Assembly (NCBI GenBank): GCA_052386495.1
Contig: JBQTKA010000008.1
Span: 9,918 to 73,917, forward strand
Direction: 5' to 3'
Length of the DNA stretch: 64,000 nt
Source of the DNA: Hyphomicrobium sp.
Lineage (GTDB): Bacteria > Pseudomonadota > Alphaproteobacteria > Rhizobiales > Hyphomicrobiaceae
Shown here: in pieces, positions 17,141 through 24,720 of the stretch
Layout: each line of letters opens with the position of its first letter
How positions within the stretch are numbered: position 1 is the stretch's first letter
Notes under the pieces: generated by a model
Database searches by the model: none
The model's input: only the letters and a program-made list of their open reading frames with translations
Told to the model about the DNA's origin: nothing
Position numbers and translations under genes: made by a program

Positions 17141-17719
17141 GTGATGACCGACAAAGAGACGTCAGACCAACACACTAGGTATCTGACCGTGTGGGACCCG
17201 CTGGTGCGCATTTTCCATTGGAGCTTAGTTGTTGGGTTTGCGGTCGCGTACTTGACGGGCGACGAATGGGATTTCGCCCACGAGATCGTTGGCTACGTCG
17301 TAACAACGCTCATTGTCATTCGCGTGCTCTGGGGCTTCTTCGGAACGCGGCATGCCCGCTTCAAAGACTTTGTTTATCGGCCCGCCACAGTCTTGGCCTT
17401 CATTCGCGACAGCCTCCGCTTCAGAGCCAAGCGCTATCTCGGACACAATCCTGCAGGCGGCGCGATGGTCGTCGCGTTGATTACTGTAATCATCGGGCTT
17501 TGCGTCACTGGCATTTTATTGGTGATTGGCGACTACCGAGATGCGAAATGGCTCGAAGAAATGCATGAGGTCCTGGCCAATGGCGCACTCGTCCTGATCG
17601 GCTTGCACGTTGTCGGCGTGGCGCTGGCCAGTTTCGAACATCGCGAGAACCTTGTGAAGGCCATGGTTACTGGCCAAAAACGTGAATTAGGCTCGGACGC
17701 CAAGCCGCCTCAGTCATAA
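17141..17719 (+). CDS. Cytochrome b561 / Ni-Fe-hydrogenase b-type cytochrome family membrane protein
   Basis: VWDPLVRIFHWSLVVGFAVAYLTGDE N-terminus with conserved His, four predicted TM helices, second His pair (EMHEVLANGALVLIGLHV). Confidence 0.8.
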   Translation: MMTDKETSDQHTRYLTVWDPLVRIFHWSLVVGFAVAYLTGDEWDFAHEIVGYVVTTLIVIRVLWGFFGTRHARFKDFVYRPATVLAFIRDSLRFRAKRYLGHNPAGGAMVVALITVIIGLCVTGILLVIGDYRDAKWLEEMHEVLANGALVLIGLHVVGVALASFEHRENLVKAMVTGQKRELGSDAKPPQS

Positions 17720-17755
17720 TCAATCTAGTCCTGGCGGCTCAACGCTGGAGGCGAC

Positions 17756-18685
17756 ATGCCGATCTCTCGTCGGACGCTATTGGTTGGCAGCCCAGCCGCA
17801 ATATTTGGTCTCACGTCAATTGCTGCAGCAACGACCCAGTCTGCAACTTCTCTTAATTTTCTTGCTGTGGGAGATTGGGGGAAATCGGCTGATCCGCGCC
17901 AGCGAGAAGTCGCCATGTCTATGGGAAGAGCGGCGCGGGAGTTTGACTGCCGATTTGTCATTTCCACTGGCGATAACTTCTACGCACGTGGCGTCTCCAG
18001 TATCGCCGACCCTCTGTGGGAAACTGCCTACGAGCACGTTTACACTGACGATGCGCTCCTTTGCCCCTGGTATCCCGTCCTTGGAAATCATGATCACAAG
18101 GGAAATACGCAAGCGCAGATCGACTATTCTAGGATTAGTTCTCGCTGGACAATGCCAGCCAACTACTATCGACGAACCGAGGTCGTTGATGGCTATCCGC
18201 TCGTAGAGATTTTCTTTCTCGACACCACGCCGTTAGCCGATGGCGCGACCACATCTTGGATCAAGGAGGCCTTGGCGGGCGGCAGTGTCGATGATCAATA
18301 TCAGTGGCTCGAAGTTGGCCTCCGAACTAGCCGCGCAAAATGGAAGATCGTGGTGGGCCATCACCCTATCTACTCCGGTGGCCCTCATCACATATCGCAT
18401 CAGCTAGTGCAGCGGTTGAAACCTTTGCTAAGCACGTACGGGGTTATCGCCTATTTGAACGGCCACGACCACAATCTCCAACACATCATCGCTGATCACA
18501 GACATTTTTTGACATGCGGCTCGGGCTCACAAACGACCCAGCCTAGCACCGTCGAAGGTTCCCGATTTGCGGCGGCGGCTTTTGGTTTTATGCGGTGCGA
18601 ATTAACACCTTCACGGCTTGACATAGAATTCATAGGTGCGGACGGCCGAACTTTGTACCAGGCCGAATTAGGCTCTATTGAATAG
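17756..18685 (+). CDS. Secreted metallophosphoesterase, purple/tartrate-resistant acid phosphatase type-5-like
   Basis: Tat-like signal (SRRTLLVG). Metallophosphoesterase motifs GDWG, GDNFY, GNHD, VVGHHPIYS, GHDHNLQH. Confidence 0.85.
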   Translation: MPISRRTLLVGSPAAIFGLTSIAAATTQSATSLNFLAVGDWGKSADPRQREVAMSMGRAAREFDCRFVISTGDNFYARGVSSIADPLWETAYEHVYTDDALLCPWYPVLGNHDHKGNTQAQIDYSRISSRWTMPANYYRRTEVVDGYPLVEIFFLDTTPLADGATTSWIKEALAGGSVDDQYQWLEVGLRTSRAKWKIVVGHHPIYSGGPHHISHQLVQRLKPLLSTYGVIAYLNGHDHNLQHIIADHRHFLTCGSGSQTTQPSTVEGSRFAAAAFGFMRCELTPSRLDIEFIGADGRTLYQAELGSIE

Positions 18686-18936
18686 CTAAACTAGGGAACT
18701 GTTTCGATCAGCACGTTCATCGCCGCATCGGATAGTTCCACACATCGGATCCGACCTCAGAGTGCCGGCGATTCAACACCCATTGACGGTGCTTGAGACC
18801 GTCTTGTTATAAGAGAGACACAGGGTAGTTTGCGACGCAAACGGCGTCCTAGTACATTTAACATTCATCCCCCCTTTCAGCTTGATCTGTCAGACGGTAT
18901 TGCTGATCTTTGCCAACCCCGCATTGGCAAGATCGG

Positions 18937-18985
18937 CCCCCGGGCGCACGTGGCAAACTGCTGCCCTTACGGTGCCCGGGGTTTT
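18937..18985 (+). terminator. Terminator-like GC-rich stem-loop followed by TTTT
   Basis: CCCCGGGCGCAC (18938-18949) pairs with GTGCCCGGGG (18972-18981), then TTTT (18982-18985). It is preceded by a second hairpin, GATCTTTGCCAA/TTGGCAAGATC (18905-18934). Confidence 0.4.
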
Positions 18986-19095
18986 GCTTCGCGCCTGACT
19001 AACGCTACTAACGCGCCACGCTCGCCATTTCGCGCAGTCTATTTTGTTTTGAGACCTAGCGGCGCCGCGACAGGCGCCACTCCCTGATCACAGCA

Positions 19096-19113
19096 TTCAG
19101 GTCCGTTTCAGGT
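19096..19113 (+). promoter_or_regulatory. Candidate response-regulator box TTCAGGTCCGTTTCAGGT, copy 2 (upstream of eptA)
   Basis: Identical 18-mer to 12023-12040, lying 78 nt before ATG 19192. Confidence 0.45.
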
Positions 19114-19191
19114 TGCGCGCCTAGCACAGCGCGACGCCGGTCATCGTGACCGGCAGCGGCTGAGCCGCAGCACTGATTCTGAGATCACGCA

Positions 19192-20865
19192 ATGGCCCCG
19201 ACTATTGAGACAACGCCCCATCGCTTGATCGTTATCGCGTCCGTATTTTTGGTCGCGTTTCTAAACACGCCGTTTTGGCGGGATCTATTCATCGCCGTTG
19301 ATCCATCGAGCGTCTATGAGTGGCTGTTTAGTGCCGCCGTCTTTGTTGTTCTTATTGCTGGTTATGCACTGGCCCTGACATTGTTTTCGTTGCCTTACAT
19401 TTTGAAGCCGGTGATTGCCGCCTTCATCATTGCAACGGCCGTGATCCACTACTTCGCGGTTGAATATGGCACAGTCATCGACGCCAGCATGATCCGAAAT
19501 GTGCTGGAGACGAACCAGGCTGAAGCCACAGATCTTGTGACGGCCAGGCTTCTTCTGTTTGTGGCGGTGGCCGGTCTGCTACCGACGTTGTTGATCTGGC
19601 GCACGCGACTGGCATGGCCACCGTTTTCGTCGCTGGTGCTCAGCAATCTAAAATTTGCTGGCATTACGTCTGTCATCGGCATCGGTGCAGTCGCTGGTTT
19701 CTTCATGGACTTTACGTCAGTGACGCGTGAATATCGCGCCTTATTGCTAAAACTGGCGCCCGCCAATGCCGTTAGCGCCGTCATACGCGTCGCCCGTTCA
19801 GAAAGTAAATCTAAGCCTGCAACGCTTTCTGTGTTCGGCGCCGACGCCCGAAAGGGTGCCAGCTGGCTCAAACGTAATCGGCCAGTGATCACTGTGCTTG
19901 TTCTTGGCGAAACGGCGCGCGCGGACCACTTCTCACTGAACGGGTACGCCAGAAACACGAATCCGCGGCTGGCAACGCTGCCGGATATCATAACTTTTAG
20001 GCAGGTCACCTCCTGCGGAACCGACACCGCGCAATCAGTACCATGCATATTCTCGGGAATGGGTCGTTCAAAATTCAGCCGCGACCAAGCGTTCACTCAG
20101 GAAGGCTTGCTCGATATCGTCCAGCGCGCTGGACTGTCCGTTTTGTGGCGCGAAAACCAGTCTGGATGCAAAGGAGTTTGCGATCGCGTTCCGAGCGAAA
20201 TCCTAACGACGGCCAGGCTCGATGCCTATTGCCGCGATGGGGAATGCCATGACGAAATCTTACTGCATGACTTGCGGGCGAAGATGGAGGCCATGCGCAA
20301 TGGTGGACTGATCGTACTTCATATGATGGGCAGTCACGGACCGGCGTATTACAAGCGTGTGCCATCCGGATTTCGACCTTTTCAGCCGACCTGCGATGAA
20401 AGTCAGTTCAGCCGCTGCACCACTGAACAGTTGGTCAACAGCTTCGACACTACGATTGCCTACACCGATCTGGTGCTTGCCAAGTTAGTGGATCTGTTAG
20501 CAGAGGCAGCCAATGCCGATGTCGACACAGCTATGCTCTATGTTTCTGATCATGGTGAGTCGCTCGGAGAAAAAGGGCTTTATCTTCATGGTATGCCCTT
20601 CGCAATCGCGCCGAAGGAGCAGACACACGTGCCGATGATGGCATGGGTCTCGCCAAGCTATGCCGATTCATACAGGCTCAGCACTGACTGCTTAGCAAGT
20701 TTTGCAAACGCCCCGCTGTCGCACGACAATGTCTTCCATACGATACTCGGACTTCTGGATATCGATACCAAGGTCTACGACGCCAACTTTGACCTTTTGG
20801 CTTCCTGCCACACAAAAACAGCGGACGTTCAATTCGATCAGTCGAAGCGGATAGAGCCCAAATGA
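19192..20865 (+). CDS. eptA: Phosphoethanolamine--lipid A transferase (EptA/MCR family)
   Basis: Five N-terminal TM helices plus a sulfatase-fold domain with VLGETARADHFSLNGYARNTNPRL (catalytic Thr motif), MGSHGPAYYKR, SDHGESLGE. Confidence 0.9.
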   Translation: MAPTIETTPHRLIVIASVFLVAFLNTPFWRDLFIAVDPSSVYEWLFSAAVFVVLIAGYALALTLFSLPYILKPVIAAFIIATAVIHYFAVEYGTVIDASMIRNVLETNQAEATDLVTARLLLFVAVAGLLPTLLIWRTRLAWPPFSSLVLSNLKFAGITSVIGIGAVAGFFMDFTSVTREYRALLLKLAPANAVSAVIRVARSESKSKPATLSVFGADARKGASWLKRNRPVITVLVLGETARADHFSLNGYARNTNPRLATLPDIITFRQVTSCGTDTAQSVPCIFSGMGRSKFSRDQAFTQEGLLDIVQRAGLSVLWRENQSGCKGVCDRVPSEILTTARLDAYCRDGECHDEILLHDLRAKMEAMRNGGLIVLHMMGSHGPAYYKRVPSGFRPFQPTCDESQFSRCTTEQLVNSFDTTIAYTDLVLAKLVDLLAEAANADVDTAMLYVSDHGESLGEKGLYLHGMPFAIAPKEQTHVPMMAWVSPSYADSYRLSTDCLASFANAPLSHDNVFHTILGLLDIDTKVYDANFDLLASCHTKTADVQFDQSKRIEPK

Positions 20866-21564
20866 GTCGATTGCCATCCCACAACGAAGGCCACCTCATT
20901 GATCGCATCGGTTGGCTGAGAGCTGCAGTCCTTGGCGCCAACGACGGCATTGTATTCGACCGCCAGTTTGATTATCGGTGTTGCCTCCGCTTCAGCGAAA
21001 CCTATTGATGTTGTGATCGCGGGTCTTGCGGGTTTGGTGGCCGGCGCGATGTCGATGGCGGCAGGAGAATACGTGTCTGTCAGTTCGCAAACGGACACGG
21101 AAGAGGCCGATCTCGCTCGCGAACGTCAGGAACTTCAGGACAATGTTGCGTTCGAGCGAGAGGAACTGGCAGAAATTTACGTGACCCGCGGGCTCACACC
21201 GGAGCTAGCCCGTGAGGTTGCGCTTCAATTGATGACGAAAGATGCTCTTGGAGCGCATGCACGTGACGAACTCGGCATTTCCGAGGTCACGGTGACACGC
21301 CCAATCCAAGCCGCTTTGACCTCAGCCGCAACATTTGCGGCAGGAGCGGCGCTTCCGCTCATAGTGGCTGTCGTTTCGCCGACGACTTGGACTGTTTCCT
21401 TAGTTTCTGCCGCCTCACTAGCGTGCCTTGCGTTGTTGGGTGCGCTCGGCGCTAAGGCGGGCGGAGCAAATGTCGTGCGTCCGGCTATACGTGTGACCTT
21501 TTGGGGGGCACTGGCGATGGCTATGACAGCCAGCGTCGGCCACTTCGCGGGAGCGATTATCTAA
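20862..21564 (+). pseudogene. VIT1/CCC1-family iron/manganese transporter, disrupted by a +1 frameshift near 20955
   Basis: ATG 20862 (ATGA overlap with the eptA stop) gives MSRLPSHNEGHLIDRIGWLRAAVLGANDGIV and then goes out of frame, stopping about 21007. The next frame continues STASLIIGVASA...MAAGEYVSVSSQ...WGALAMAMTA. Removing one T of the TT at 20955-20956 restores the canonical GANDGIVSTASL. Confidence 0.6.
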
Positions 21565-21672
21565 TGGAGCAGCGGCCTTGAGACGGGTCACGCGCCCCGG
21601 CGACGTGTCGGCAAAACCATCTCCATGCGAAGTCGCGCTCTGCAGATTTTCGTGAGGCATGGCGCTATGGGC

Positions 21673-22413
21673 TCAAAGAATCCAGGCCCGGGGCAGCCTG
21701 TCAACCAGCATCACGACGCCTAGCCCAAAGACAGCCACTGCCCCTGCGAGCTCTAGCCAAAACCCAACCCGCGCTCTCATTTTTTCGGTTCGAGCCAACG
21801 TGCCGAGAAATCGCTCGCGAGCAATAACAGCTGCGACCGCAAAGCTGACGAGGGTTACGATAATGCCGCCCAGCATAGCGATCACTGCTGCGAGGCCAAC
21901 GGCCAGCTTGTTTTGAGCCAGCGCGAAGGTCAGCAGGAAGGTCGTAAGCGGGCAGGGAATCAAACCGGTCGCAACGGCCAGCGATTTCCCATCACTGGCG
22001 TGGGTATGCGGGCGCGGCCAGAGGGTCCGAACCAAAAGGTATGCACCGATTAAGCTAATAAGCGCCGCGCTCAATGCCTCGAATGCCGGCGCACGGCCGC
22101 CCGCGGCGAGTGATCGGCTAATGACGGCGACACCGGCCAAGACAAATATGACGGCGATCCCGACGTGCGTTGCGGCAAGGAGAGTTCCCGTCGCAACTCC
22201 TTCAATGAGTCGACTGGCGCGACCGACGTGATAGGAAACCAGCACGCTCTTGCCGTGCCCGGGCATCAGCGCGTGAACAATGCCAAATAAAAAGGCTGCG
22301 CTCATTAGCGCCGCGAGGCCAGAGACATCGTCCGCCGACCGGATGCTGTCAGACATGCCGCCATAAAGCCAACGCTGAATCTTGATGAACCATTGCATTA
22401 TCGTTCTTACCAA
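21673..22413 (-). CDS. NicO/RcnA-family nickel/cobalt-type transporter (246 aa)
   Basis: HALMPGHGK motif, six predicted TM helices, GLIPCP motif. Start uncertain (ATG 22398 also possible). Confidence 0.7.
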   Translation of the reverse strand: MVRTIMQWFIKIQRWLYGGMSDSIRSADDVSGLAALMSAAFLFGIVHALMPGHGKSVLVSYHVGRASRLIEGVATGTLLAATHVGIAVIFVLAGVAVISRSLAAGGRAPAFEALSAALISLIGAYLLVRTLWPRPHTHASDGKSLAVATGLIPCPLTTFLLTFALAQNKLAVGLAAVIAMLGGIIVTLVSFAVAAVIARERFLGTLARTEKMRARVGFWLELAGAVAVFGLGVVMLVDRLPRAWIL

Positions 22414-22553
22414 TATCCAACTCAGGGGTTGGGGATCGCGTACAGCATATTAGAGTCTGTCAGCCATATTCACGCATCTGCGGAGCGCCGACGGTCACCA
22501 GCGTTCAATTGACGGCATGATCGAGGCTGGCAACAATGCCGAGATCGACCCGA

Positions 22554-23351
22554 CTAGGCACTCAATATCCCCGAAATTCCCTGCGCGACAAACAATCCTC
22601 CGACACCCATGACGATAATGGCGGATACGTAGGGTGCGGCTGATAGAACGCCTAAAAACCTTCCGCCTGATTCCGCAAGGCGGTCGACGCCCCATGCCGC
22701 GATAACGCCAATCGCAACGAGCGTCATGGCAAGGCCGAGGCTGAATGCGGCGACCATCGCGATGCCGAGAGTGAACTCTTTAAGTTGAAGGCAAACCAGA
22801 AGAACGGCGAAGGCCGCCGGGCATGGCAGAAGACCCGCGGTAAAGCCAAACCAAAGGATTTCCGATGTCGTTACCTGACGCCCTGCGTAGCGGGCTGCGA
22901 TGTCCGAGCCGTTAGCGCGGGCATGCGCATCGGCATAATATCCATGAACATCGGCGTGATCACGAGGCTGGTCATGATCATGATTCCCGTGGTGGCTCGA
23001 GCCATGATTAGCCGCGCGCACACTCACGAGAATGCGCAAAGCGATAACAAGGATCAAGATACCACTGATCAGCATCAGCCAAGGCTCGGCTTTATCCAGA
23101 ATGAGTCTATCGCCAAGCCAAAGACCAGCCATTGCCAGTCCCCATATCACAATCGTATGTCCGACGGCGGCCGCCGTTCCGAGAGCAACAGCCTGCCAGG
23201 GTGTGCCGCGAACCGCGATGATGAAGGCTGCCATCATCGACTTCGCGTGCCCCGGCTCTAGCGCATGGAGCGCGCCGAGCATAACGGCGACTGGCAGATA
23301 AAGCCAAGGTGTGGACGATCCCGATTGGATGAGGTCGGAGATATCTGGCAT
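22554..23351 (-). CDS. RcnA-like nickel/cobalt efflux protein with His-rich loop
   Basis: LHALEPGHAKSMM motif, central loop ANHGSSHHGNHDHDQPRDHADVHGYYADAHA, GLLPCPAA motif. ATG 23351 is chosen over 23426 to avoid overlap with the upstream gene. Confidence 0.8.
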   Translation of the reverse strand: MPDISDLIQSGSSTPWLYLPVAVMLGALHALEPGHAKSMMAAFIIAVRGTPWQAVALGTAAAVGHTIVIWGLAMAGLWLGDRLILDKAEPWLMLISGILILVIALRILVSVRAANHGSSHHGNHDHDQPRDHADVHGYYADAHARANGSDIAARYAGRQVTTSEILWFGFTAGLLPCPAAFAVLLVCLQLKEFTLGIAMVAAFSLGLAMTLVAIGVIAAWGVDRLAESGGRFLGVLSAAPYVSAIIVMGVGGLFVAQGISGILSA

Positions 23352-23403
23352 CGGCGCTGCTACTGCCTCACAAGCACGACGAGGACGTTGAAATGGCGCA
23401 AGC

Positions 23404-23649
23404 CTACCAGTACTTGGTGAAATCATAACCCGGTGCGATGCGATCGAAGACGATCCTGCCGCCCACGTGCCGGTGCGGTTTGCTGGCGCTAAAGTCGTAG
23501 CGCTTCATGCAGGGGCCCTTGGCGCAATGCCCAAAGCCTTTCATCCTCGATTCACCCTTACGCCATGGCAGAATATGTGCGGCTGCCACAGAGGTGAACG
23601 CGACGCTGATGATCGCGGCCAAAAACAAGGTGATGACGGAATCTTTCAT
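23404..23649 (-). CDS. Small secreted Cys/His protein (81 aa), paralogue of 16836-17087
   Basis: Signal peptide, then H-I-L-PWR ... GFGHCAKGPCMKRY ... PHRH. Confidence 0.65.
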   Translation of the reverse strand: MKDSVITLFLAAIISVAFTSVAAAHILPWRKGESRMKGFGHCAKGPCMKRYDFSASKPHRHVGGRIVFDRIAPGYDFTKYW

Positions 23650-23669
23650 CAGGATGTTCCTCTACCCGT

Positions 23670-24290
23670 TCATGTTCCCAAGGGCCGAATACTGCCGTGG
23701 ATCATGCGCAGCGTGATTGTGCCGCGCAGGCGGTCGTTGATGAGCGATGCTTTGACAGGAGGCTGTGCGCCACGTCCGATCCAGTACCGATCGGTGTGCT
23801 GATCGGGCGTGTCGATTTCCTCAGCAATCTCGACCCCAAAAGTCTTGGCCACGAGCGCCTTCGCAGCGTCATGTTGCGTTTGGGAGGTCAGTTTTGCGGT
23901 GGCCGAGCAAACGTAGCCCTTCAAGGGCGGCTGCAGGGCCGATTGCATGACGGCAATTGCGCCATAGGTGGTCTCAACGGTCCAACCGCCCACCATGATG
24001 GAGTGTTGCGTGGCATGCTTGGCAAGTTCGTTTGACCCAACAGCATTCCAATGCTGATCCGCAGCCCACAGGCGAAGGCTTTCGGGCGCAGCGCCGCGTT
24101 CGAAGCACGCCTCTTGCGCCATCGAAACGAACTGCGTCACGGCATCTGGGGCCGGGCGGGCTTCCACGCCCGCGCCATGATGCGCCTTGATCATCATGCC
24201 GGCGCGTTGTTCTGCGCCGCCAACCGAATGGCTTGCGTTCGCCGTCAAGACCACACACACGGCCAGAACGCGTATGGGCATTGTCGTCAT
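23670..24290 (-). CDS. Hypothetical secreted protein (206 aa)
   Basis: Signal-like N-terminus. Tightly packed in the minus-strand metal operon, 17 nt after the upstream gene and 20 nt before the downstream gene. Confidence 0.5.
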   Translation of the reverse strand: MTTMPIRVLAVCVVLTANASHSVGGAEQRAGMMIKAHHGAGVEARPAPDAVTQFVSMAQEACFERGAAPESLRLWAADQHWNAVGSNELAKHATQHSIMVGGWTVETTYGAIAVMQSALQPPLKGYVCSATAKLTSQTQHDAAKALVAKTFGVEIAEEIDTPDQHTDRYWIGRGAQPPVKASLINDRLRGTITLRMIHGSIRPLGT

Positions 24291-24307
24291 GGCGGGCTCC
24301 GTTCCGA

Positions 24308-24691
24308 TCAGTCGAGCTTGATGCGTGACTGTTCAGGCTTGTGCCCCGGCATGGTCAGCGTGACGACGATTGTCGTGCCCTTACCGGCTTTGAACGAGCC
24401 GCTGCCTTTAAGAAAGTTGCCCGGATCGGGAACAAGAATAACGTCTTCCTTTTTGCCGTCGGACAGAACAGCTGCTGTCGCCCTGGCGTCCTTTATGTCC
24501 TCGGGCTTGCCGTCCTCATCATTGACGTGAATTTCCAAGACGCCATCCTTTGCAACAATCTCAACATGATGGTGTCCGCTCTCAACGAGCTTGCCTCCAT
24601 GCCTTCCAGCGTGGCTGTGCTTGTCGGCAGCGTGGACCGGAGTGGCGAGTGCGAGAGCGATGCCCAGTAGAATTACGATTGGCTTGGTCAC
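24308..24691 (-). CDS. His-rich periplasmic protein (127 aa), probable metal-binding accessory of the RND pump
   Basis: Signal peptide ...ATPVHA, then ADKHSHAGRHGGKLVESGHHHVE. Lies 29 nt downstream of czcA-2. Confidence 0.65.
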   Translation of the reverse strand: MTKPIVILLGIALALATPVHAADKHSHAGRHGGKLVESGHHHVEIVAKDGVLEIHVNDEDGKPEDIKDARATAAVLSDGKKEDVILVPDPGNFLKGSGSFKAGKGTTIVVTLTMPGHKPEQSRIKLD

Positions 24692-24720
24692 GGTTGTCTC
24701 CTTGGTCTTGGGTTGAACGG

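Noticed and set aside
18830-19087. 85-aa + strand ORF in the phosphatase-eptA gap
   Set aside because: It has no ribosome-binding site and an odd composition, and it spans the hairpins and terminator-like structure. It is more likely non-coding.
22405-22430. Short palindrome CCAAC-N6-GTTGG upstream of the NicO-family gene as an operator
   Set aside because: It has only 5-bp arms, which is easily expected by chance, and no second copy was noticed.
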